Position numbers and translations under genes: made by a program. A stretch of 64,000 nt of DNA from Octopus sinensis. Taxonomy: Eukaryota. The stretch is from positions 3,564 through 67,563 of the forward strand of contig NW_021836307.1 of the NCBI RefSeq assembly GCF_006345805.1, in the 5' to 3' direction. Shown piece after piece: positions 1 to 60,092 of the stretch. Positions within the stretch are counted from its first letter, which is position 1. Every line of letters starts with the position of its first letter. Below the pieces are notes generated by a model, which was not told where the DNA came from, made no database searches, and worked only from the letters and a program-made list of their open reading frames with translations.

Positions 1-330
1 CAGCCTCGCCTGGCCTCCATGCCGGTGGCACGTAAAAAGCACCATCCGATCCTGGCCGTTTGCCAGCCTCGCCTGGCCTCCGTGCTGGTGGCATGTAAAA
101 AGCACCATCCGATTTGGCCACTTGCCAGCCTCATCTGGCACCTGTGCCAGTGGGACATAAAAAGCACCCACTACATTCATGGAGTGGTTGGCGTTAGGAA
201 GGGCATCCAGCTGTAGGAACATTGCCAGATCAGACTGGGCCTGGTGCAGCCTTCTGGCTTCCCACACCCCAGTTGCACCGTCCAACCCATGCCAGCACGG
301 AAAACAGACGCTAAACGATGATGATGATGA
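1..330 (+). mobile_element. RTE 3' end or RTE-tailed SINE (family A)
   Basis: Three GGTGGCAC-GTAAAAAGCACC units, then GAGTGGTTGGCGTTAGGAAGGGCATCCAGC and a (GAT)n tail, as at 13200-13598. Confidence 0.85.
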
Positions 331-400
331 TTATGATGATATATATATATATATAATGTATATGTGTGTGTGTATGTATGTATATATATATATATATATA

Positions 401-626
401 CCGGAGTAAACACATAAATGTGAAACAAGGTGGAAAAAAAGAGTACTCAAATACCAGTGGTAGAGTAATATGCTTTATTTAAAGCAGCAGAAAATTCAAC
501 AAAACCTGTTACTCTGAGTTTCACGTTGCCGTTCATTGGACAATTTTTGCAAAAACTGTCCGATGAACGGCAACGTGAAACTCAGAGTAACAGGTTTTGT
601 CGAATTTTCTGCTGCTTTAAATAAAG
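401..626. mobile_element. Foldback element with two head-to-head HHR-like motifs
   Basis: 154-bp palindrome 473-626 (3 mismatches). Plus-strand HHR 556-593: CTGT/ACAG, CCGATGA, ACG-GCAA-CGT, GAAA, ACTC-A-GAGT, GUA triplet. The minus copy has CCAATGA. Confidence 0.65.
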
Positions 627-1084
627 TATATATATAAGTATATATTCATGCACACAGACTATATATATGTGTATATATATATACATAGATATATATATAT
701 ATATACATACACATATATATATACATACACATACATATATATACTCACACATATGTATATAAGTACATAAACACAGATATACAGTGTGTATTTATGCATT
801 AACACATATACAAACATATATATGGGGGCTTGTCTTGTGAGTTACTTGGTGACCTCACGAGTACTGGTGCCATATAAAAACGTACCCAGTACACTCTGTA
901 GAGTGGTTGGTGTCAGAAAGAGCATCCATACGTACAAAACATGGCAAAATAGACACTGAATGCCATAGCACCCTGTAGGATATTCAGACCCTGTCAAACC
1001 ACGCAACCCATGCAAGTACCATAATCATGATGATGATGACAATAACATATATACAAACATTGTAACGTGTGTGTGTGAGTGAGT

Positions 1085-1325
1085 GTATATATTATTTATA
1101 TATACAGTACTGTTCTATGATGGTAAAATCAACCAAAATGCACTTCATCCGGTGAGAGATAAATATTATTTAATAGACTCAATACATGTTTTTATGTACT
1201 ACTTATAGTTTCTTGATGACTGTGCGGAGATGGTATACATGTTATAATCCGTTATTTGGCATGATCTCAGCACGAGAAACTATGAGTAGCACATAACAAC
1301 ATGTATTGTGTCTCTTAAATAATAT
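1085..1325. mobile_element. Foldback HHR-like element, sister of 31405-31700
   Basis: TTGATGA (1213-19), CTGTGC...GCACGA, GAAA (1276-79), CTATGAG-TA-GCAC. 1100-1175 is the reverse complement of 31620-31700. Confidence 0.55.
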
Positions 1326-1381
1326 ATATATAGATACATTTATAAACATGCACACAGACATATACAAATAGCAAACACTAC

Positions 1382-1419
<38 letters not shown>

Positions 1420-1582
1420 ATATACACACACACATATATATATATATATACATACACACACACATACACATATATATATATACATATACACACACATATA
1501 TACATATACACACACATATATACATATACACACATATAAATATACATATACACACATACATATATATAGTATACATCCATAT

Positions 1583-1632
<50 letters not shown>

Positions 1633-1871
1633 TACATATATATATATCATATATATATATACATATAGATTACATATATATATATATATATCATATATGT
1701 ATATATATTATACATATATATATTATATCAATTATATATATATATATATTATATATTACATATATATATATATATATATATCATATATATATATTAATAT
1801 ATTATACATATATATCATATATATATATATATATTATACATATATATATATATATCAATTATATAAATATC

Positions 1872-1902
<31 letters not shown>

Positions 1903-1932
1903 ATATACATAAATATATATATAATATACATA

Positions 1933-1976
<44 letters not shown>

Positions 1977-2110
1977 GTATATATATATACATATAACACA
2001 CATATACGTATGGATATACATATATATATGCAAATATATATATATTATATATATATATATACATATATATATATAGAATGTGTACATATACATACACTAT
2101 ATATGTATAC
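1320..2110. repeat. Compound (TA)n/(CA)n microsatellite field; similar fields at 3130-3790, 10768-11262, 27770-28500 and 57030-57390
   Basis: Direct inspection; these fields are the source of the YI/VC-rich pseudo-ORFs. Confidence 0.95.
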
Positions 2111-3181
2111 ATAAATGAATATACTCGCTAATAAATAAATAAAAATAATAAAAATGAAGAATTTATGAGAGAAACCTGATGATGACTGCAAAGAAGGAAA
2201 ATATATAAAAAGTTGGAACTGTAAAATTTCTGAAATAGTGTTCCCCCCTCCTACCCAGTAATTCCTTCCCAGTTCTTCTTCAATTAGTTTACCCCATCCC
2301 CCTTCCTTTCTTACCAATTCCTTTTTCTATCTATTTCTAAGTCCCTACCACTCTGGTTCCCAGTTCTTCAGCTGGCCTTACCATTTCTTGGGGGTTTTTT
2401 TCTTCTTCTTTCTCCTTCATATCTACTAACTTTTTCAGAATTGCTGACTTCAAAAAGCAAGAAATAAACAGTTTTTCTCATTGCTTCTCTTCCCACTCTT
2501 TCACACATTCACTTCTTTAATTCCTTCATCCACTATTTTCTTCTCGTTCCAGAGAAACCAGGGAATCCGGAACAAAGTGCAACAAATGAAAATGAAATTT
2601 GATTCTCTTTCTCTTCTGGGTAGCTTAAATCACATTTTAAATTCACCTTTTTTTTTAATATATAATTTACTTTTATTTTATTTTATATTATATTATTTTA
2701 ATCCATTTTTAAAATTTATCGTCTTTTGTTTTTTTTATTTATATATTTATTTTATGTGTATTTCAAGAAATTGTCCGTATGTGTATGTGTGCATGTAGGT
2801 GGGTGTGTGTGTGCGCACACACGCATGTGTATTAACCATGAAGGGGAAAGTAGGGGAGTTAATTGCAGAGGTTTTAAAACTATTTCAAGTCTTTCTTTAT
2901 ATATATATATATAATTATTATTATTATTATCATTATTATTATTATTATTATTATGAATATGTTAAAATCATGAGTGAATGTGCGTACATTTTCCTCTGTG
3001 TGTGTGTGTGTTTGTGTGCATGTGTATTACTGAATGAATGTGTGTTTGCACGTGTGTTGGTGATGCAGCCAAGTGTCTGTGAATGTGAATAGTGTACATA
3101 TATTTGTGTGTATTTGTGACAGTGTATATACCTCTATGCTACGCATATAAATACATACATACATACACACACACATTTGTG

Positions 3182-3217
<36 letters not shown>

Positions 3218-3972
3218 TATACATACATATATACACACACATACATATATATGTATACATTCACCAACACACACAAATATATATATTGTATATATATTTT
3301 ATATAAAATATTATATATATAATATATAAAATATCATAAATATATTATATATATCATATATATATGTGTGTGTGTTATATATAATATATATATATAGACA
3401 TACATAAAATATATACACATATGCGCGTATATATATATATATTATTTATATATACATGTGTGTATATATATATATATGTAGACATACATAAAATATATAC
3501 ATGTGTGTGTGTATATATATATATAATTTATATATACATGTATATATATATATATATATATTATACGTATATATATATTGTATATAAAATATATAAATGT
3601 ATGATATGTATATAATTTCATACTCATTTAAATATATATTTATATACACAAACATACATATGCATAAAATATACATACATACACACACACATTTACACAT
3701 GCATATATGTATAAACACAAATATGTATCTATGTATACACACACATATATATTCACAAAAACACACACACTCACACACACATACATACAAAGACATTACC
3801 TGTTACTATGATTTCTTCGTTTTTTTTTTTATAATTTTGTTGTTTTTGTTAATTATTTAATTGTCTTTTTTGTTTTGTCAATTTTTTTTACTTGCTTTTC
3901 TTCATGTTTTTTTTTGTTTTTATTTGTAATTTTTTTTTAATTATTATTTGTTTTGTATAATTTCAATAATTT

Positions 3973-49537
<45,565 letters not shown>

Positions 49538-50031
49538 CTGTCAGGTAAAAAGATTATGAAGTTAGTCATCGAACAGTCTCACAGATATCATTTATGTAGA
49601 TGCACACACAAACACATATTTGAAGCTTATCAATACATTATTATATCATCTACATATGTATATATCAGAAACATTACATACACTAAGAGAAACACTGCTC
49701 TCTGAATGGTTGGCATTAGGAAGGGCATCCAGCCATAGAAACAATGCCAAATCAGACTAGAGCTTGGTGCAGCCCCTCACCTTACCAGCCCTGGTCAAAC
49801 CGTCCAACCCATGCCAGCATGGGCAAATGGATACTAAATGAAGATGATGATAATGAAATATATATATATTATATTTTTCTCTCCTCTCTGTTACAAGGCA
49901 CAAGCACTAACACACACACGTACACACACAACAGGAAATTCAATCACAAGTTTTCAGACTGCCCGAGGTAATAGCAGAAAACACCTGCTCAAGGTGCCAT
50001 GCAGTGGGACTGAACCACCATGCATCTGGAA

Positions 50032-50093
<62 letters not shown>

Positions 50094-51259
50094 ATAAATT
50101 AATAAATAAAACATATGCATATATACATACATATATGTACGTACCTACCTCTACATGTATATATACATGCATATATGGGTACAGGACACCAAACAAAACG
50201 TCGAACACAATGAGAAATGAAAACATGAACACAAAAACAAGGAAATGGACATTTCTTTTAAACAACGAAAAAATAGAGTACAGGACATACAAAACAAGGA
50301 AAATTCCCCTTCTTCAGTCGCCTTAGTTTCATCTACTCCACGTTTCGAAGGTCAAGGCGATACATGACTTCAATAAAACTTTCCTTCCCGCGAAAATCAA
50401 ATTAAATAAAATTTGAGATTTTTTTGCGGAGGGTTAAAAATGGTAACAAAAACAGGACAGTAACGACAGTACAAAATATAAACAGTAAAAGACAGGACAA
50501 GGAGAATAACAGTAACACAAACAAGAAGGGCTGTTAAGCCAAACAAGATAAAAAATTTTTACGAACGCTATTTTTTGAGAACGGCAGAGAGCAACAGATT
50601 TTACTGTCTCTACTTTCATTAGGGTAATAGAGTGAAGCATGTGTGTCTCTTTATGGATGCAAGTATATATATATATAATGATGATATATATGGTGGGGGT
50701 GTATGTATATATGTGAGTGTGTATACACACACATGTATGTATGTATATATATACACGTACATGCATATGTATGTGTGTGTGTATATATATATATGGTGTG
50801 TGTGTGTGGTATATATATTTTCATGAATACATGATGCATACATTTGTGCACACATGCATATATATTAATTTAAAATGAGGGTGAGAAATTAGATGTTAAT
50901 TTAATTAACATCTATTTCACACCAGTGGTCTAGTATATAAAAAACTGAAGGTTCAGTAAAATTGTGTTACATAGCGGATCTATTTCTAGCATAAGGGTGT
51001 CCACATAGTGGTTTCCCTCTAATATGTGTTTATATATATATATATATATATATACTTGTTAATGTATGTATGTGTATGGCTTTCATTTATAATATACTCA
51101 CCTACTAATAATGTGTAACCATGATGCATGCAAGCACACACATGAATTCACACACACACACACACACACGCTCTCTTCACTCACTGACACCCTCACTCAC
51201 CCTCTCATATGCATATATGTAAATGAATTGGTTTGGAGGAAGAGGCTTCACTTATTCAT

Positions 51260-51560
51260 CATCATCATCCAGTGTTTTAAATCTGGGTTTTGTCCCCATT
51301 AACAAGGGGTGGCTGGCTCTACCTGAATGCCATAGCAACTGCCTTCACACCATCTTGCCCAGTTTTGAGCATCCCCCCTCTCAACCCAACCCTCCCAATC
51401 TCCTCCTCCACCTGTCCCCTTCGCATTTTCCTCAGTCTACCTCACCTCCGCTGTCCATTTACCTCAAACTCAAGCACCCTCCTCAGAACAGGCTCCTCAT
51501 CCCTCCTCAACACATGCCCGTACCGCCGCACTCCATTCGCCCTTGCCAGCAATCAACTGA
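51260..51560 (-). mobile_element. RTE 3' fragment from a different subfamily
   Basis: Minus reading RWYGHVLRRDEEPVLRRVLEFEVNGQR.GRLRK. Confidence 0.65.
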
Positions 51561-52557
51561 ATCACCTGCTTGTTTAATTAGCCTATTAGTGGATGGGTAT
51601 ACCTTCAATGTAATTTTCAGGTAGAATCAGTGTGATACAGTGTGTGTGTGTGTGTGTGAGACAAGGCTGGCTGTTTGAATTATAGATGCAATCCATCCGC
51701 TAGGATTCCATGCAGTTTCCCTCTACCCAGTTGCAGTCACAAGGCTTGGGATAGCACAAGACACTTGCTGAAGGAACCACTCTTTGTGATTGAACCTGGA
51801 ACCTTGTTTGGGAAACAACCTTTTAACCATTCAGCCAAGCTGTATTCACACTCTTACATATCTATGCAGGTACACAGTGCGTGTGTGTGTGTGCGTGCAA
51901 GCGTATGGTTATGATATACTACTATTTATACTCCCATGCTATATACTATGGTATATTATACTCCTATGATGTACTACATACTATATACTACTATGATATA
52001 CATACACACACACATATACACATCATTATGTGTGTACAGGTACAGAGTTTTAGTATGTGTGGTGTATGTAAGTGTGGAGTATGTGTGTAGCTGTCTAGCA
52101 TGATACCCACACACACACACATGGTGGTTGTCTACTCCTTATGCAGAGTCTGACCACCTCTTGTACCTACACCTTAGATCCATCATGGGTGGGATGGTTT
52201 GAAAGGAAGAGCAAGTGAGAAATTGCACCAAACCCTACTGTCTGTTTCGGCATCGTTCCTACAACTGGATGTCCTACAACTGCACCTCCCAATCCCCATC
52301 TGCCACTTGCCTCTTCCGCCTCACAAACTTACCCACATATACTATTTCTCTCTCACACACACGTGTCATACTCTGCAGATGTGCATATATATACATATGT
52401 TAGAGTACACATCATGAGTGTGAGACAAAGAAAGAGAGATAACGTGTGTATTATGCAAGCATGCTACTTAACAGGATACTAAGTATTAAACAATATAAAA
52501 ATCTTATCTAGCCTTCCTTCAGCTACACAACATACATACATACATACATACAAACAT

Positions 52558-52592
<35 letters not shown>

Positions 52593-53059
52593 ATATACTC
52601 ACACATATATACACACACGCGTGCGCACGCATGTATACCTGTTTATTTATTGGGTCGTTCTTTCATCTGATAACATTGCTTTACTCATCCACGAGTTAGA
52701 CATAGCATTCACTGCCTGCCTCTACCTCCAATGTGATTATGGCAAAGACATCTGTTGGCCCCAAACAAGTAATCTGTTTATGAGAAGGCTTTGATTTCAA
52801 CTTAACTGAAGCGTATGGTTGGAATATATGCACAAGGCATCCGTTAGACCAGAGCTGCAGTAGAAGACACTTGCCCAAGGTACTGTGCTGTGTCAAGGTC
52901 AGTCCTACTGCACAGCACCTTGACCACCAATGTCTGCTACTATAGCCCAGGGCTGACTAATGCTTTGTGAGTAGATTTGGTAGACAGAAATTGTGTGGAA
53001 GTCCTGTGTGTGTGTGTTCAAATGGTTTGCAGTTTTAAGTTCAGAACCTCATTCTTGTA

Positions 53060-53525
53060 CAGAGTGTTCAAAACATCTCTCCACAGTAAGTATTTTATTG
53101 CAAAATAAATATTTACAAGAATATTTTAGACTTTACAAAACTTTAAAAAACTTTGTACGAGCTGCTAAAAGTGTCGTCCTTCATTTTCAATACATAAAAT
53201 TTAATTTCTTTTTTACTGCCATGTGAGCACTGCCTAGACTGATTTCCATTTCTTGTGACAATTTGCATAAGGACTTTGACGGGATTACCAACAGTTTACC
53301 AGAAATATTGGAGAGTGTTTCGTCTGCAAGAACTGTAGGCCTACCGCTTCTTGCTGCGTCTTCCATTGAGCCTGTGTTTCTAAATTTTCTTATGAAATCC
53401 TACACAGTGTCACAATGTGGAACAACAGTATTTAGAAAAGTTTCACTGAACTTCTGTCTCACAGTATCTGTGTATTTGCTCCCAGCTCGAAACACCCATT
53501 CAACTTAAAAAGGGTACGTTCTTTA
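53060..53525 (-). mobile_element. Tc1/mariner (DUF4817-type HTH) remnant
   Basis: Minus reading TVRQKFSETF...IRKFRNTGSMEDAARSGRPTV...KSLCKLSQE; TA-CAGAGTGTTCAAAA terminus at 53058. Confidence 0.7.
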
Positions 53526-53693
53526 ATGGTTAGCATGTTGACACACTGAAGGAGACCCAATGACTGAGGAACAATAGCTGACACGCGGCTGCCCATGCTG
53601 TGATAGCCATGTTGTGCATGTGCAGGATGAAAAAGATTCACTGCCGAGAGACTTTTTGAAACATGTACAAAAACATGGGTTAAGAGAAACCAT

Positions 53694-53724
<31 letters not shown>

Positions 53725-54188
53725 TCTACTACCACCACCACTCTGAATCCTCACATCTTGAATGGTGGCCTTAAAACCAATTATTCATAGGTTCGAATCA
53801 CAGTGATGTTGCTTCTGTCTGCCATCCTTTTGTGGGGTCCAAATCAAATAAACTAAAGCATAAGTTGAGTGTTGGAGTGTATCAAATTGATTGTTACCCC
53901 AAATCTAAAATATGTGGCCTTACAATTCTGCTACCGGCAGGTGGTGGTGGTGGGGTTGGCGGTATTGGTAGAGTGCTGGGCAAAACGCCTTGCAGTATCT
54001 AGTTTCATTAATCCAGGTTCTGAGTTCAAATCCTGCTAAAGTTAACTTTATTATTATCATTATTATCATATTATTATTATCATTATATTATCATTATTAT
54101 TATTATCATTATTTTATTATTATTATTATCATTATTTTATTATTATTATTATTATTATCATTATTTATTATTATTATTATTATCATTA

Positions 54189-54251
<63 letters not shown>

Positions 54252-54644
54252 TATTGTTGTTTCTTTTCTATACACTGTGATAACAGCTTTCTTATAATAA
54301 ATCTGAAAAATCTTATGAAAACTTTAAAAGCTTTCAATATTCTGTAAATAAACTTGTGAAAGTTGAATACAAGATGGGATTGTTCACTTCCTATGCATTA
54401 TTCTATGTCCTGTTCGTGCATTTTTGGCTACTTTCTCTGACAAGTGCACCTAAGCACTGTACACAATAAGTTCATTATTATATCATTATTATGATGGGAA
54501 GATATTTTAATCAGTCTTGGCCGAAATATAACTGACACCAAGTAAATGACACACACATCTACATTAAACAGTATTCAGAAATTGATAGCTTTTATCGGAT
54601 GACTCATCTTGGAAGAAATAACAACCGAATAACCACAGCCCATT

Positions 54645-54862
54645 TGACCCTTTAGTGTTTAAACTAGCCATATCCGGCCCAAATATTCTACCTGCTTTGT
54701 GTTCAAACTGGCTATATTCAGCCTCTCACACCTTCCCTACAATGTCATACTAAAAATAAACAAGCACACCATCAATATCTCAATGCAAAAAGATAATGAA
54801 TGAGCGATTTAAAAGAAGGTGAACAAAGCAGTTGACCGAATAATCCAGATGCTGAAGGGTTA
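54645..54862 (+). mobile_element. TTAA-type MITE, near full length
   Basis: TTGACCCTTTAG...CTGAAGGGTTAA termini with the family core. Confidence 0.65.
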
Positions 54863-57222
54863 ACAAAGTAATTTTAGATTCATAATGACTGATATAAAAT
54901 GGAAGGTCATCAGAGATGGAATACCTTTGGTCATTTGGGTTTCTTAATAATGTTTGCTTAAGGACCAAACAACATCAATGGTTTTGAAAATAGAAGCAAG
55001 TAAAAATTAAAAATAATGAATTATACTCTGACTTTCCATGCCTTACAGAAAAATATTTCCCAAATTTGGTATCAGTTCTGAAAACCTGAAATAATTTGGA
55101 CTGTAGCAAAGCCACTTGAGAAAATAATTGGCTATTAAACTCCTGTTAATTAACCAGAAAAGTATTAGATTGTACTTCAGGAGTAAATAGAAAGAAAATG
55201 AATGAAAGAGAGGAAGAAAACGCTCCAGTATTTGTGGTCCTTGTGCAATTTATTGGGCTATGTACTGTAAGATGGTGAAACTTCTCAGCAGAACACTAGT
55301 GTTTTATGTATTCCACACAGAAAGAAACCCAGATAAACACATTAATATAATTGTCTTGTCTGATATTTTCAGCAAAATCTAGCAATGATAATTCTAGATA
55401 ATGTTTCTAACAAAGATCTACTAAAAACAGCAGTCAAATCTTCCTCAAATTAAACCCGAGCATCTTCAAAATAAAAAAACAAAAAGACAGTAGATTCCTG
55501 TAATCTGCAATAAACTATCTTTAAAGATGGGATGGTCATGGTAGGTATTAATGAATGTGCGTGCATGTGTTATGTATATAGGTGGAGGCATAGCTATGCG
55601 GTTAATTCTGCTTCCCAATCATGTCACCTTGGACAAACATCTTCTCTCATGGCTCCAGGCCACCCAAAATATTGTGAGTGGATTTGGCAGACGAAAACAA
55701 AAGGGAAGTTCATTGTGTCTATTTATGTATGCATGCTTGTATGTATGTATGTATATACATAGAGAGAGAGAGACACACACACACACATTTAGACATACAC
55801 ACATATATATAGACACAAGCATACAACCAGACACAAACACATGCACATATAGACACAAACACACACATATACATACATACATACATACAGACACATACAT
55901 ACATGCATACATAGACAGACACATACACACATGCATACGTACATATAGACACACACACACACACACCTCTTCCTCTATTCTTTCCTTCCTTCTCTTCACC
56001 TTATTGCAACCCGTCTTCGTCCTTTTCTCCATTCTACTTACCTCATTCCTTCTTTTTCCTTCCCCTCCCCCATGCACTCACCATTCCTTCAGTGTCTCAC
56101 TTTATAATCACCAGAAATGGCGCTGACCGAAAGTAGCATTAATTGTTTGAGGTCATTTAATTTTTCTCAACTGATTAATAGACCAATTGAGGGAATCGAA
56201 CAGTAACGAATCTATTATGACAGCCGGAAACAGCTGTAAGGCAAATTTATTCTCATAAAGGGAAAATATGTAATCACCATTATTTTTATCTTGTCCATCC
56301 GAACATGGCTGATGCCAGTACCCACAGACTGCCCCCCCCCCCCAATGCTGATGGCACATAAAATTCTTCCACTACCCTCTCGGAGTGGTTAGCGTTAGGT
56401 AGGGCATCCAGCTGTAGAAACACTGCCAGGTCAGATTGGAGCCTGGTGCAACCACTGGCTCTCCAGACCTCAGTCAAACCATCCAACCCATGTCAGCATG
56501 GAAAGCGGACGTTAATCGATGATGATGATGATGATGATATTTATGTATATACTTATGTGTGAGTGTGTGTCCTTGTCATGACATCCCACAAAAATTGCCA
56601 ATGAACGACATGCAATCTTCCTAGATAAGTGATGTTTGAAAGAATGGAGTAAATGCTACCTTACTTGGAAACAGATATGGGTTGGCAACAGGGAGAGCAT
56701 CCAGCTTACAACAAATGTGCTTCAATGAATTTCATCTAACCCATTGCAGGCATGGAAAAGTAAACATTAAGATGATGGTGTATATATATATATATGTGTG
56801 TACCTGTTTTTTCTTTTGTGTGTGTGTGTGTAGGCATGTGGTTGTTTGTATATGAATACATGAAAGTCCATATGCACAAACATGTATTTGTTTATGCAGA
56901 GAAACAAGCATACCTTCAAACATGCATTTAGACAGTCTTTTAGTAAAAATAATTGCAAACAATGAGAAGAGACACAAGTCCATTTGGTGTACAGCTACAC
57001 AGTCACATAACACTTACCTTCATTTGCTGTAAACACACACACATACATATATACACACATATACATAGATACACACACATATTTATACACACATATATAC
57101 ATACACTCATATACATACGTTCATACGCATATATATACACATACACACACAAATACACTCACACACATATACACACGCACAAACACATACATGTATATAG
57201 ATGCAAATATGTTTAGTTGTAA

Positions 57223-57257
<35 letters not shown>

Positions 57258-57704
57258 CACACACATATACATACACTCATACACGTGTGTGTATATACAT
57301 ATATATACACACACATACACGTGTATATAGATGTAAATATGTTTATTTGTAAACACACATATTTATGTATACAGACACACACACACGTGTGGGTGTATTC
57401 AAAGCAGACAGATGGTTAAAAAGAAATATAAACAGATAATAGTCCCCCCACCCAAATGTCAGTGTGTAGAAAAGAAAGCAAAAACTAAAAAAAAAAAAGA
57501 AATATGAACCAACCAACCAACCAACCAGCCAGCCAGCCTACCTGCCTGCCTGCCTGCCTGCCAGGACTTTCATTGGTCAGAGAGACTATAAGACACTACC
57601 AAATCAATAACAACAGCAACAAGCCTTATCCCCCCCCCCACAACACCTACCTCGCAGGGGAGGGGACATTCTCCTTGATTTATTTGCAAAAATGTCTCTG
57701 TTGC

Positions 57705-57970
57705 TAAGACTAGTGCTGGTGGTGGTGACAGCAGCAAGGGTGGTGGTGGTGGTGTTTAGTGTTGTGGTATAGATGGTGGTACTGGCAGTTGTGATTGTGG
57801 TGGTGGTGCTAATAGTACTGGTGGTAGTGCTGGTGGTGGTGCTGGCAGTGGCAGCGGCAACGGTGGTGGTGGCAATGGTGGTAGCAGTGGTGTTTGGTGT
57901 TGTGGTAAAGATGGTGGTGCTGGTGGTAGTGCTGGTGGTAGTGGTGGTGCTGGTAGCTGTGGTGATGTGA
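57705..57970. repeat. Degenerate (GGT/GCT/AGT)n trinucleotide tract
   Basis: Visible periodicity; produces Thr-rich and Val-rich pseudo-ORFs. Confidence 0.8.
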
Positions 57971-58973
57971 GGAAGGAACTGATAATGGCATAGAAGTGCT
58001 TGACCATTGGTGGTGACAGCAGTGAGTCCCAGGTCAGTCATGATTGAGGAGTCCCATGACTAAAGGCATTCCAGCCATGACCATTGCTGCATGGTAAAAA
58101 CTTTCCTTCCCAACCATATTTCTGTTTTCATTTCAACTGTACAGCACCTTGGGTAGCTGTCCTCCATAGCCCTGGGCCAATCAAAGCCTTGTGCCACATT
58201 GTACTCTTGAGCAAGACACTTTATTTCACACTGCTCTGGTCCACTCATCTAGAAAAAATGCGTAGTACCTGTAATTCAAGGGGGGGGGGGCATCCTTGAC
58301 ACCTGAATCTCCCTGAAAATTACATTAAAGGTATGTCTGTGGAGCACTCAGCCACTTGCACGTTAATTTCATAAGCAGGTTGTTCCGTTGATCAAATCAA
58401 CTGGAACCCTCGTCCTTGTAACTGACGGAGTGTCAGTATTTTTATACAAATAGATATATAAATAATGGACTCTCCTGTCATTAGACGACATATGATGGTT
58501 CAGGAATTCCTTGCCAAACAACCACACATGATTTGCTTACAGCGATCAAATGTTTGTGCACACATAAGCTCACTCCTTCCATCAAATTGACATCACCTGT
58601 ACAGGTGTATCGTGTGCCACTTGCCAGATGATGAAACGATCACAGAACAATGTGAAATGAAGTGCTTTGCTCAAGAGTGCAACACAACTTCCAGTCCAGG
58701 AATCAAATCTTTGATCTCACAATCGTGAGTGCAACACCCTAACCACCAAGCCATGTGCCTTAAATATATATATATATATAAAAGATGGAGGTGGAAATAG
58801 CACAGAAGTCTAAGACATCTCAATTTAAGAGGGAATTTTTTTTTAAATCATTAAAAAATCATATAAAGAAGATATTATTAGTTTCAATGTATCTCATCTT
58901 ATCAAATATCAGTAAAAATTTGAAGTAAAAACAGTTTATCTTCTGTCTGGATGTCAAAAACAAACACATACAC

Positions 58974-59055
<82 letters not shown>

Positions 59056-59059
<4 letters not shown>

Positions 59060-59293
59060 GGTGATCCAAAAATACGTTTACATGTTGTTCAACGATCTCT
59101 TTTGTATTCATATATTAACAGTTTAGATCTTAATTATAAAAGAAATATGAAACCCTTATTCTCTGCTAATTTAGTTAATTTTGTCAAGCTCCCTTTTCAG
59201 TTTGTAAGGTAGAAATTTAAATGCAATAAAATGTTTTAAAAGAAATTTCAAGTGCTTACGTGATAACTATAAACCTACTTTTGGGCCACCCTG
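59056..59293. mobile_element. Tc1/mariner-type MITE
   Basis: Imperfect TIRs CA.GGTG..CCAAAA.TA.GTTTA, flanked by TA. Confidence 0.55.
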
Positions 59294-60030
59294 TATACAC
59301 ACTCACACACACACACACAAAGATACATACTGGATGTCAACTCATGATTCAGACCATTTCCTAAACTCTATGCAAATCTTCCAAGAGTCCAAGAAGTTCT
59401 TGTGCATGTCACACAGCACTGAAATGACTTGTCAGAGCAAATCCCCTACAAAACCAGTGGCACAACAGAGGCTGAGCCCTAGAGACCCTGCCAGATCAGG
59501 CTGGAACCGTGTGCAGCTCTCCAGCTTGTCAGTTCCAATCAAACTGCTAACTGATGATGATGGAATTGTTATTCTTTTACTTGTTTCAATCATTTGACTG
59601 TGGCCATGCTGGAGCACTGCCTTGAAGGATTTTAGACGAACAAATCAACACCCAGGACTTATTTTCTAAGCCTTGTACTTATTCTGTTTTGCCGAATGAC
59701 AAAGTTACAGGGACATAAACACACCAACACCAGTTGTCAAGCAGTGATGGGGGGGGGGGCAAATAGACACACAGACAAACACACATACAACTATACACAC
59801 ACACATATATAAATATATATATATATACACACATACACACAATGAGCTTCTTTCAGTTTCCATTTACCAAATCCACTCAAAAGTCTTTGGTCAGCCTGAG
59901 GCTATACTAGAAGACACTTGGCCAAGGTGCCAGACAGTGGGACTGAGCCTGAAACCATGTGGTTGGGAAGCAAGCTTCTTACTCCACAGCCATGACTGCA
60001 CTTATATATATGTATGTATCTATCTATATA

Positions 60031-60092
<62 letters not shown>

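Noticed and set aside
2150-2620. Purine/pyrimidine-skewed block as an L1 remnant or 3' UTR element
   Set aside because: I could not recover a convincing reading frame or motif, so it is left unannotated.
1242-3860. Many YI/VC/HT-rich ORFs (also 10740-11317, 27694-28626, 60490-61119)
   Set aside because: They are translations of di- and tetranucleotide microsatellites that lack stops by composition.
50290-50375. Minus-strand permuted HHR (GTA-TCGCCTT...AAGGCGA-CTGAAGA-AGGGG)
   Set aside because: Stem I and the core are suggestive, but no GAAA or stem III follows stem II. It is at best a broken PLE fragment.
56210-56245. TTATGA-CAGC-CGGAAACA-GCTG-TAAG, HHR-like
   Set aside because: Both conserved core segments are broken and there is no stem I or stem III.
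57604-58041. Mucin-like Thr-rich ORF
   Set aside because: It is a degenerate trinucleotide repeat, open on both strands, with no signal peptide or exon context.
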